64,000 bases of DNA, taken from Phoronis australis. Its lineage: Eukaryota > Animalia > Phoronida. The translations under genes and the position numbers were made by a program. Each line of letters begins with the position of its first letter. Position 1 is the stretch's first letter. The stretch covers positions 27,300 to 91,299 of the forward strand of contig NMRA01000946.1 in NCBI GenBank assembly GCA_002633005.1, read 5' to 3'. Positions 13,631 through 26,000 of the stretch are shown piece after piece. Under the pieces are notes generated by a model that did not search any database, was not told the DNA's origin, and saw only the letters and a list, made by a program, of their open reading frames with translations.

Positions 13631-14406
13631 TAAATAAGACCCCCACGCTGTGTTTTCTGCGAATCCCATGTATCCTGGAGGGGGCTGACTGAGTGATTTT
13701 CGCGCATGCTCAGTTCAAGGTTTCAATATTGCTGGTAATGAGTTAGTAACTTACAAGCACACCATTGCGTTTATAGCACTTTGAACTTCCCCACGGTAAA
13801 ACGTTACTTCGAATGCACATTCTTGGGAGTTTAAAGAAAATGACAAACCATGAGTGTTCCACAAATTTCTCAAAAATGGTGACCTCAAAGACTGCTTGAG
13901 TTGTCAGGCTAGACTGAAGATAGCCATATAGATTTCTTTAGATCTCAGAAAACTGAAGGCTACACACACGCCCTCTGAAGTTGATGAATGAACCATTTCA
14001 CAGCCAAAACAAGCAGTCATGCAATGTTGTAGTGCTTCCCCAGGTGTAGCTTCGTACTTTCATAATTTTTACACACTCTAAACAGTGTTGAATCCGACAG
14101 ATGTGCTAACTTTTACAGCTACATGAATGAAAGGTTCATGCTAATAGCATAGATATTCACTTACACGTATGTTTGCCTCCGAGTACATGTACGAATAATT
14201 TGTAACCACTTGCTGTAATTGGCAGACCTAGGCGTATTAATCCCCTTGGTGAACTGTTTTTATTTGTATCTTCACTATACACTGGCTCAATATGGGATGT
14301 GGCTACTACAAACCTGAGTGGATTTTCTGACTGATTAGAACAAGGGGCAGTGTGGTGGTAGGCAGAAAGTTTCTAATTAATAAGATACCCAGTGAAAAGG
14401 GTGCAA

Positions 14407-15574
14407 AATAGTCCTTTTGCGAGTTTATAACAATAACGCGAGATTATGTGAGACTCAACTGTGACGTCACGGGAAGTGGGGCAATAGCTTGTCGTTTGGC
14501 CATTTGCCCAATACGGTGGCAGAGTGTATTCTGTTATTTTCTTCGAGTTTTTAGCCGTTTAGTTCGAAAAATGCCAAACAAGCATTGCTGTTATGGCTAA
14601 TGAAATTCAGATTCGCACTACAATACGTTCTATCGCGTTCTGTGCTAATTTCGTCCCGTGTATTTTAAACGGGAGGTAGGCGAAATCCGCTCACTGATAT
14701 GTTTTCACCTCGTCAAAAATACATTCTACACCTAAAATTATCACATAAAACTGCGCTTACTTCCTTCAGTGATCCTTTCTGCTTCTAAACATATCTTCGA
14801 TGAAGCATAGCTACGGGAATTCAGGTGACTTTGACGAAGAATTCCAACTCCACTTTGTGGGTAGCCTACTGTTAACTTTGACCGCGCGCGCGATAACCAC
14901 AAAGTATTTCAACTGAGTCAGGGGAGTATGAGGCAAAGGCTAGCGCGAGACTGAGCCAAGCGCGAGACCTGGCGCGCGACACTTGCAAAATAGCATGAGA
15001 AAATATCAAGTGAAATTTGTAAGATTTGTCTCCCTTGGACTTTTTTTCGTCAACAGGCGTGATTTCACGTAACTTCCTCAAAACGGCGCCCCGTGAGAGA
15101 AACTCGAGCGAACAGCGAGGTTTTCATGGATATGTTCAAGTTATTTGTAGACTAAATTGTATCCAGAGTCAGAGTATGTGTTAATTATAACTCCATGTGC
15201 ACATATGCATGTTTCATTTGATTTTATTTGCTGTATTTTGAAGTGAGTAACTTTTTATGGGGATACACTATCGCCCCTGTACGTGTATGCCTGCGGCAAG
15301 GCCTAGACCGGGTTGAGTTCCAATTTCAGTCCGTTCACACCTTCGCACAACATAACAAGTTCACATTTTCTTCGTCCATTCACAGTTATTCCACGATCCA
15401 TCTACCATCTCTAAAGTTGTGTTAACGTTTTAAGCGTAAAATTCACCATAAGAACTCCAGTAAGATTTAGCGTGTGTAGCAAAGACTCGGGGCAAAACAA
15501 GAGCAATATGGCGGGTTTTGCCCCTCTTCCGGTGACGTCACATTGACTAACGAGAAACTCGCAAGTGAGCTATT
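14407..15574. mobile_element. Non-autonomous DNA transposon with imperfect TIRs and a THAP-like N-terminal remnant
   Basis: Left end AATAG..TTGCGAGTTT...TGTGACGTCACGGGAAGTGGGGCAA matches the reverse complement of the right end TTGCCCCTCTTCCGGTGACGTCACA...AAACTCGCAAGTGAGCTATT. MPNKHCCYG..NSDS at about 14571. Confidence 0.7.
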
Positions 15575-15624
15575 GGACATCACTCCATTTCAGAGCAACA
15601 CAGAAAAATTTGCAAGTAACACTC

Positions 15625-15830
15625 TTAAAGATACTCTTTCCCTTGCATTCCACTATTTATAACACAAGATGAATTTCGTCAGTCGAAAGACACTACTAAA
15701 ATATAAACATTTCGTAACTTTCAGCCCTGTTCGTGTTTGCCGTATTTTAGAATCATTTGTTTAGTTTTTTTCAAGAGCAGACGGGATTTCTGCGGAAACC
15801 ATATTACATACATGTATGACGACAGTTTAG
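15625..15830. repeat. Interspersed repeat, inverted copy at about 23420-23591
   Basis: TTAAAGATACTC...TTCGTCAGTCG...AATATAAACATTTCGTAAC...TTTCTGCGGAAAC matches the reverse complement of the second copy. Confidence 0.7.
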
Positions 15831-16591
15831 TAAGTACCCATACTCCACGGGTCTGCTGTCACTGACTGCGACGGCCAATTTAGTTGGTGGCGTATTACCA
15901 AAAACGACTACAAAACTCACATTAAATTCAGTTAAGTTTGAAAAAAAATCATGAAACGGTAGCCTGACTCCCCTGAAGTCAGAGTCGCTCGTTTCTTCAA
16001 AAGTGGCTAAAAATGTCGTAGAGCGTGGAAAACAGACCGAAATGCATTATTCAAAGTGGTTCTCTGGCACTGAAACAGAAATGTTTACTACGTATTTTTA
16101 CGGGTTGTTCAAAAATCTGTTTATGTCAAAGCATTTTCTTTTAGTATCAAAATTCAAAAAACGATGTGCCAACTAATTGCTTGTCCCTCCGTCGATTTTT
16201 CTCCGACATGGGAAAGCACGTCTCCCTAATTGGTATGACAAGACGCATTTCTCTTATATGGAAAGCACGACTTTTGACTTTTGGTGTAAACAAAATAATG
16301 GCGTATTTTTCACGAGTTTTCGCGGTCCGTGCCACTTTAAAAGTACGGTTTACGATTCAAAAATAAAACTTTCTTCACCTTAGAGCTCATACGCCTCGCA
16401 CACTTGTACATACACATGGATATTCCTATTATGGAGGAATTCACTTGTGTACCGCAACCTCAATCGGGTGTTAATCCATGCATTCACCTGCAGGACACAA
16501 ATCAATTCACACTTTTGGCGCTTTCAAAATGCGGGAGTCTTGGAAGTGAAGTACATCTGCACTGACACTGAACATGTTTGCATCATTTAAA

Positions 16592-16597
16592 TATAAA
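16592..16597 (+). promoter_or_regulatory. Possible TATA box of paralog B
   Basis: TATAAA about 85 nt upstream of ATG 16678; positional plausibility only. Confidence 0.35.
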
Positions 16598-16677
16598 CAA
16601 AAATTAGCCTCTTTCTCGTACACCCTCATTACAACACTTGGAGCAGTCCAGAGCCAATTCTGGCAGATGCAACTGAC

Positions 16678-17024
16678 ATGGATTCCTTGCCATTATTAAG
16701 TAAAACTGGGGAAAAGACACCCCGTAGTTTTATTGATCACGAGCCTTTGTCTGAAGAAGGGGCGTCATTCAAAGGTAGACATCAAGCACTTCCGGAACAC
16801 CTGAGAAGATTGGGCATTGACACACCTGTAGCGAAAAAGACTTTAAACAGAAAGATCTTAATTTCATGTTTGGCGGTAGCTGTCGTGTCGTTAGGTCTTG
16901 GAGTCATCATAGGGCACTTCAGGAGACAATTTTCCTCTGGGTCGGCAACGAAGGAAGCCGATCCTTCGATATCAAAGAAATTCATGGACGAAATCAGACC
17001 AAAGAACATTAGACAATACCTCAG
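16678..17024 (+). CDS. Paralog B exon 1: cytoplasmic tail and signal-anchor TM
   Basis: MDSLPLL...[22 protein letters not shown]...IRQYLR; donor AG|GTATGA. Confidence 0.9.
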
Positions 17025-20000
17025 GTATGATACGTCTTTACCAAATTGATAAATATTTCGGTAACTCAGAATTACTGTAGCTGGAACGTTATAAAATAAT
17101 CCAGTAATAATATGAAAATGCCTTTTTGCTGTACAAGTGTGCCCTGATACGCTGTAAAATGTAACTATTTCGTAAAATGCAACAACTGTTACATTTTACG
17201 TCATCGGTACATTTTACGTTGCTGAGCCTCTCCTAAAATGTAAAAATGTTTTGCTTTTTACGTAATTCTTACCTTTTACGCATACGGGAAATGTACCATG
17301 TTACTTTTTACGAAACCAACATCATACCACAAAGTAAATGACCAAAATCAAGAACAAGTGATATTTGACACGGCCTGGGGTACTTAGAGAGCGGACTCAG
17401 ACATAAAAGTTACCCATTTAGAGAGTAATTTCGTATAAAAATTCACATTTACGCACAGTTCTGTTCCGGAAATTCAGAAAAGATATTTTGTCGAAAATGG
17501 CACCATTTTCAAACCATTTTAGAGAGACTTTTTTGCTGTGAAAAAACACCCCTTTGGACTGCACTTTTATATAAGCATGCCCTCCAGGCGGACACAGTAT
17601 GAATTTGGCAAACCATTGTCATTATTACTTGGGTGCAGGTACGGTCTTTAAATTCAGCATATGACTTGACAGTAAAATTTTGAGCTAGAGACTTCAGAAT
17701 TACGTATCTGTTTACTAAGTGCGATTGAGTGTGAATTCTAAATTTTCAGGTCATTTGGTGCACCCATGGGGTCATTAGGTGCATTTTTCTTCTGAAAGTT
17801 TGACCACTTCATTCATCTTGTATTCTGAAGTGCTTAAAGTAAAATATCTGCGATTATTAGCATTAACCACACTTTTAATCGAGTTAACAATTACTCCCTA
17901 ACCGGGGGTCATAATGCACCGGAAGAGGTCAATTAGTGGAAAGGTCATCAAAAAATTAATATGTACTTTCTCCTACAATTTTAAAGAATTCCTTTTCATA
18001 TTGGTAAACTTGCTGTCAGTTACTTCCCATAATAATTCCAGTGATACGCACGCGCAGAGTCCGTTATTGTCACGCCGTGACAATAATCGTTCTAGTTATT
18101 ATTGTTGTTGTTGTTGTTATTATTGAATTTATTCAAGGAGGACACAGTGTAATATACACAATACCTGGTTAGCAGAGTGCTAGTACATCATGGTCCTCAA
18201 AGAGTCAAAATCATTTCATGGTTCAAAGTTTTCAAGGGGCTTCTCATAATGGACAGCGAGTGCTGTTTCAAATTCAAAAGGATTTTAAAGGGGTTCCTAG
18301 GTTTAATCTTAACGTCTTGACAGCTGTGGATGTAGAGTAAATCTACTTTTTTGTTTTAAAAGACAGTTACTGTTGCTATTTATCTTACTTTATGTGCGTT
18401 GTTCCTCCAGGAACCTCACAATGCGTCCTCACTTGGCTGGTACTCCGGCAGATCTTCAGCAAGCACGCGAGTTTCAGGAGTTTTGGCGGGAAGACGTTGG
18501 AATGGATCAAGTCGATATAGTTCCCTACGAAGTATTGCTGTCTTACCCTGATGATGGACTTCCGAATGTAATTAACATGCTCGATGACTCGAGTAATGTT
18601 ATCTTTCACACACAGTTGTTCGAGAAGATCCTACGTCCGGATGATGCACAGTCGAATGTTGTGCCGCCATTTAACGCATATTCAGCACGTGGAAATATAA
18701 GTGTGAGTATGCAAGCTGCGACACAATACGAGGGCTTCTTCAAAGACAGGAGTAAAACACGTTTTCCATTGTATAAAATGGTTGAATCTGCCCAAAGTGC
18801 TTCTGTTCCTCTGGATTGTTTTCTTCCATTGGTTTGATTTCAATGTAAAACGTTTTTGTCGGCCAACGAGCTCCATGATTACGAAGAACACAGATTGGTG
18901 TCAGTTTTCTTTCCAGGGTGATTTAGTGTATGTGAACTACGCACGTGCTCAAGATTTCGACTGGTTGGCGGCCAACGCAAACATCAACGTCAGTGGCAAG
19001 ATTGTCATCGCAAGATGTGGAAGGATCTTCCGCGGAAGTCAGGTTGAATTGAAATAAATCATTTCATTTAACTATTCTGCTACGACCCAAATGTTCTTAA
19101 AAATTCGAAAAATTGAGACCACGCGGTGCTGTCTACACAGATGGCATAAATTAGAGTAGGCACGACTGATGAATCTGGGATGCTGTTTTCACAACAAAAC
19201 TCCCGCACTGGCCGTGAATTCGTCGTCGATTCTGTAACGTTGTCCGCACTAGGGGGTGTTCCCCTTTAAATCCGTGTATAAACCGAATGCAAATGTGTAA
19301 AAGTTGGCAAGCGTCCAGGTAATTCCGGCACGAACGTGAATTGAACGAGGATGTTGACAAGACAGCGTGTTGGCACAGCCCGAATCTATTTTTGGGTGTC
19401 TAAGTGATAACTGGAGATAAAACGATTTTTCCGTCACTATCCACAAAACCCTAATATATGTTCTTGTAAGCAGGACCCACGGACTTTGTGATAGTAAACT
19501 AGACTCGGTTCAATTACCTTAATAAACTGGGAACAAAAATGTCAAACACTTTTATTCGCCTAAATATTCTTTGCAGTATTTTACACCTGCCGTGTCTCAC
19601 TGTTTATGTCTCCAGCTTATGCTCTGTAGTGTCATTACTGCATCATTTTATTTCCACTTCAGAATGAAACAAATATGTTGCAAAATATCGTTAATCATAT
19701 GTATCCTTGTCAGTTACTTCATCAATGTTCCGTTGAGGTTAGAGTTTTATTCTGAACATACATGAACGAAACGGAATAAAGACGCCTAATAACGAAGAGT
19801 TCCGTGTGTATAATGAATTCTCCACATATTTATATGTGCATATTGCCGCCCTCTCTTTCTCCGGGTCCAGCGGCCGGCGGCCGGCTCCCGTCATCCGGCG
19901 CCCGCAGCTGTGTCTCCTAAACCCCTCACAGGATCTTAATGAGATTTAGCAGATGTGTTCCTAGGAAGCTGACGGCAGCTGATGTCGAATTTCAGACCGA

Positions 20001-23000
20001 CTCAACTACCGCTGTGCCCACTTGTTGCAGTTCTAAATTCACGGTTTCCCCGGCCTGAATCTTTACTGGAATTCTTGTGTAGATTTTCATGAAAATTTGC
20101 AAATAGGTTTCTCTTAAGAAGACGACCACATCTTTTTTATTTTAGGATGGATTTGGCTATTCTGCGCTTCTTAGTGAACATTTTTTAAAATTTCGAGTCC
20201 GTTTTTTGGCTTCCGTCTTTCTATCTGCCAAACCGCTTGATGAATCCTTATGAAACTTGGCCGGTGTGTTCCTAATGAGGAGACGGCGGAGGGTTTCTCT
20301 CGTCTGGTGCCCCTTATTTGGGATTTTGTTTTTTTTACGTCCGCGGCTGTATCTCCTTAACCCTTTGTTAGAACTGTGCTATTTGGCAGATATGTTTCTA
20401 TGGAGCTAACAAGTGACGACGACGAGGAGTTTCACACCAAACGATTGGCGTGTCTCCAAGGCAATTTTATTTTCTTTCGCATGCTATACAAAGAAAAAGA
20501 AAAAGGGCATCAATCGAAGTTGCTAGAAAATATTTTGGATAGTAGAAATAATCCAAAGCAATTTTGGGCTTTGGTAAAATCAAAATTTAATAGTAGTCCG
20601 AAGGAAACTGCGATAACTCCAGAACGATGGTACACGTATTTTAATCTGTTGCTCAATGAACGGATGGAACCGAACGACACTATGTCAAATGCGGTCGTAA
20701 GACAACAAGAAAATCATGACAATTACTGTGATGCTTGTGACAAAAATTTACCCAGTGATATGAACACTTGTTTCTCATGTGAGGAAATTGACTGTGCTAT
20801 AATGGATCTTCCAAACGGCAAAGCAGCCGGCATTGATCTTGTGTTTGAGATGTTGAAGAGTACGAGGGTAGCTATTGTTCCTGTATTGGAACTGCTTTTC
20901 AATGGAATTCTCGCTACAGGTCACTACCCACAGGGCTGGTGTGACGCAATAATTGTTCCTATATTTAAACAGTGCAACACTGAAGATGAGAACAATTATA
21001 GAGTTATCTCATTGTTGTCAGCAGTAGGAAAGCTATTCACCAAACTTTTGAACAACCGGCTTAGGACCTGGGCTGAGGCAAATGACGAACTTCGTGAATC
21101 ACAGGCGGGATTCCGCAATGGCTATTGCACTCAGGACCAAATGTTTACGCTTCAGGCCATGTGCCAAAAATATATCACTAAGCCCGGGGGTCGCTTTTAC
21201 TGTGCTTTTGTCGACTTTTCGAAAGCGTTTGACAGAGTTCCCCACATGTTATTCTGGTATAGATTACAAAAAATTGGGTGTCCATGGTAACGTTCTTAAA
21301 GTCTTGAAATCCATGTACGGCAAATTACGTTCATGCGTAAGGACCAGAGAAGGGTTAACCGGCATTTTTACTGTTCTGTCGGCACCAGACAAGGGTGTAT
21401 GATCAGCCCACTATTGTTTATCATGTATCTGAACGAATTTATCGAAGTCCTAGATAATGCCCAAAATATTAGAGGGATTTATATCAATGAAGAGGCTCTG
21501 CACGTCAAATCGCTGTTGTATGCTGATGACATGGTTCTGTGTTCGAGCACTCAAATTAATTTGCAAAGAATGTTAAATTGCCTTTATGATTATTGCTCTT
21601 CTTGGAACATGAGTGTAAATCTGAAAAAAACTAAGATCGTTGTTTTTAGAAATGGCGGGCCACTCAGAGCGTATGAGAAGAGGTATTATGGAAACCAAGT
21701 AGTAAGGGTTGTCTCCCAATATAAATATCTTGGAATATTTTTCACACCAAGATTAGTTTGGTCCAAAGCCACTAAAACTCTGGCACGTCAAGGTAGTAAA
21801 GCTGCTATGCCCATCTATAAAATTAGAAACCGGTGCACGGAATTACCATTGAGCCTATCACTTGAACTGTTTGATAAAATTGCTGTACCGACTATGTGCT
21901 ACGGCGCGGAAATCTGGGGTTTCAAAGAATACGAATGGCTTGAAAATGTTTATGTTAAATTCTGTAAAATTGCTCTTGGAGTTGGAACCTATTGATCAAA
22001 CCCAGCTGTATTGAGTGAATGAGGAATTTATCCGCTCTATGCAAAGTATTATGTCACGTGTGTAAAATATTGGCTAAAAATGCCACCTACTAGATACGCT
22101 AAAGCGGCTTATGACATGTTAGTTGATTTAGATACGAATGGAAGAAATACTTGGGTATCTTCTGTTAGACAATTGCTATCAAAATACGGTTTTTATGAAA
22201 TTTGGTTGAATCAAGGTGTCACGTGCGAAGTCTCATTTTTAAGTTTCTTCGCGCAAAGAGTTAATGACTGTTATGAACAAGGTTGGCGATCAACAATATG
22301 GCGTAATACTCATGTTACTTGTAGTGCTGTATCGTTATGCTTCCGCACTGTGAGGTGACTTTCCAGAGTTCGGTAATCGGGAACTCGGGTTATGCCATAC
22401 CGTTTTTACCAAATCATGAAAATTGTGTCAAATTCATGAACGAAGTGTCTAAGAATCAGACAACTTAATGAGTTCTGGGCTATTTCAAAACAACACAGTG
22501 CAGGCTGTTTAGAACATTCATTACCAACTGACATACTGTAATCATGTAACTGGTGTCAAAATATCTATGCGGAATCCTGAATTGCAGCTTTACCGTTGTA
22601 ACCTAACCATTAGTTACTTTCTTGCACATTACGGATAGAAAAAGTAATGTGTATAATTTACGAACTTTCTGCAGAGAAACTATGTTTCATTAAGAATTAA
22701 GTTATGTATAATCCACAACGACACAAAATATATAGTAACATGCAGTAAAAATACTTTTCAGGCAAAGAACGCGGAAATGCATGGCGCGATCGGCATCATC
22801 CTCTTTACCGACCCAAAGGACTACGGGGAGGACGGAATTTCGAAATTTTACCCTGACACCTGGTGGCTACCTCCAACTGGAGTACAGCGAGGAAATGTAA
22901 AAAGTTCCTCTGGAGACCCTTTGACTCCACTCTACCCTGCTACTGGTAAAACAATCTTCTGACAGTTTGTGTTTTGATTGAGACGCAAGAGTGTACGTGC

Positions 23001-26000
23001 TTTGTTATTTTCATTTCAATTAGCAAAGAGGAGTGAAGTTCAATGTGGAACCATCAAGGATATTTTTATTGAAGGAACGTTGCAAACGATTTGGTTCTTT
23101 CAAAGACTTGTAATTATGAATGTGGCGGTCTGGCAATCATGAATGGACAAGTTCCTCACAGCACAGTGGTCAAATTTCTGACTAATTGAAACTATGAACT
23201 TGGGATTACAGCTATTTTTTTCATGTGGGTCAGAAAGAGAATGAAGTCAATGGAACCTTGAATCACGTTCGAAGTCCAAATATGTTGAAAATTAACTGAA
23301 TTTGATCTTTATTTTTTAGTTGAATTTATATTTTGGGGGTGCACCACCACCTAAAATGGCCGCTGTAGTGAATGACATCTGACTCATGCATTATGGGTAC
23401 TCAATCAAACACCGCTATATGTAATTAGGTTTCCGCAGAAACCTCGCCCACTTTAAAAAACATAAAAACATTGATAGTAAAATAAGGAAAACGCAAATAG
23501 TACTGAATGTTACGAAATGTTTATATTTCAATGACATTTTGCGACTGACGAAGCTCTAAATTGGTGAATATAAAGGCAGGAGTATCTTTAATCTATTTCT
23601 TTTTATCAAAAATCACCTTGAAGAGCAAAGAGGAGTTTACCTATGTCGGTGATAGCAAATTGACAATGACGGTATGATACATTGTTCACTTGTACATTAT
23701 CACCTGTTATCATCTCTTAAAGGAACATTTTTGGCAAAAAAATGTGATTTTCTGAAATCAGTGTCCTTCTAAGTTCTCTGGCGGAGTTAAATCCCAGTCG
23801 ATAAATGGCAGAGTAGTTAAACATATTTAATTGGTAGTCAGCGGACTTGATTTTAGCGAAATATCTAGCAGACAAAGACTAAAATTCACGACATGTTTTA
23901 TTGGGTACGAATGAAACAACACAAGAATAATCTATATGTTAGGTTGGATTTGGAATTTTAGGGTCACAGTATTTCAAATAATTATTTCACAGAAGGTATC
24001 AGATGGGTACCTTAATTACAAGAGATAACACAAACATTTAGAATACCCAATGTGTAAGTGAGTATTGGATACTAAGTGGCACAGGTTAGTATAGTACCAA
24101 ATGGTACATAATGCCAAATGGGTATTGGCCGATTGCCTACCAAGGTGTTTGAGCAAACGGTAAGTGCAATAAATACCAAATGGGTACAAATTGCCGAATT
24201 AGCAAATATCATGTAAAGTACCAAGTGGGTACACCAAACAGCCACCAGGGCTATAAAAACCTGGCAAAGCAGGTTCTGGACAAGCTGAGTGAGCAGACCA
24301 GTCCGAGTGATACCTAATAGGTATAAAATTGTCTAATTGGGAAAAGCTTACGAGCAAATGTACTGTTACTTGAGGCTGGGGCAACCGGAAGCTTCAAAGA
24401 AAGAACAACCAGCGCTATCATCGGAGTAGATATAAACCAACTAAAAGTTGGCCGTAAAAGTGATAATGTCCCTTTCAAAGATGCAATTTGTACATCCATA
24501 AAACTTTTTCAAAATTTTCTAGAAAGTGCCCACAGAATTTCAGAAGATGACGAAGACGCAGGGCTTCCAAAAATTCCTGTTCATCCTATAAGCTATGGAG
24601 ACGCAATGGTACTCCTGAGGTGAGCGAATTGAAGCTCATGATTTGTTTGTAAGAAGCAATGCATTTGTGCAGTTTACCTGACATTCGATTGAGAACTTCG
24701 TAAAGGTATTGCACATTTATACAGACTATGTAGTTATAAAAATTACTTAGTTGTATGTATATGCAATTCAAGTTAATCTGTGCAGCAGTTTACAAGACAT
24801 ACTACAGTGCAACTACCGGAGACAAAACTCTAAAATGACCGATTCATTCTGAAAACAAAAATGGCCTCCCGCCAAATAAAACTTGCAAAGCCTCAGACTA
24901 CATTTTGTAGAAATCTGCAACGTCTTGTCGATGTAACAGAACTAATTGCCTGCTGAATCAATTACTATTAATTACAATGAGGTTCCCAACTGAAATGGTG
25001 GCAACGAGGTGAGGAATGCAGAAATATGGGAAATGTTGCGCGTGTCTTGCAATGGACTGGTTGTAGGGCGGAGACACAGATATACTAGATGTCGCTTCTC
25101 TAGACTGACTATTACATTCAATTTTAAAAGTAATTTTTACAATCCTCCAGATTAATACCTACGGTAGATATTATTCTATTGTATTTTCTACTCGTACAAA
25201 AGTATTTATTCAATGCGTTGTCCTTTTGTTTGCAGTAACATGACTGGTGATGTAGTACCAGATCACTGGAAAGGAGCGTTACCGATAACGTATAGGATCG
25301 GACCTGGATTTAAGAAGAAACAATGGTAAGCTTAGTACCATGAACAATAACTGTTTGTCGGTAGTGGTGCTTTCCTTATCCCATTATAGGGAACGTTGGG
25401 CGTGTTTCTTGCACATTGTAGGTACATTTTTAGGGAGACAAGGCCAGTGCTACCGTGCTGTTTAGAAAGGGCCCCAGAGCTCCTCTGAACGTGATTAAAA
25501 CGTCCGAGGGTGACAATCAGCCCCAATAAGAATCATGGTTATTACCTAAACCAGTGATGCCGTCGTATTGGATTCCGTACTTACACTCTGCATTGTGGCA
25601 GTACCTATTCGTGTTTGCCTGGCTGCATTAGCTTGAAGGTCTACAGTAGCTTTACTCGCAAGTGTCTTGCGTCTACGGAACGCAGCCCTGGCTGACGCGG
25701 AGGAGTCAGTGTATGATCGAGTGCAGTCATACCTATTGTGTCTTTTCTTACAGGAAAACGGAAATGAGGATATCCACGCACAACAAACGTGCAAAAACTT
25801 ACAACGTGATCGGCTTTATCAAAGGATCAATTGAACCAGGTTTGACCAGATTTGAATAACAAAAATTTACAACTTCGTAAGGCATTATATTTTGAGGGTC
25901 ACCAAAACCTTCGTGTGCTTCACGCGAAAAAAGAGAAAAGGTTTGTTCATGTGGCTTCCTTCCGTACTAGAAGCCTGAAGAGTGTTCAGTGTGAGTTTCG

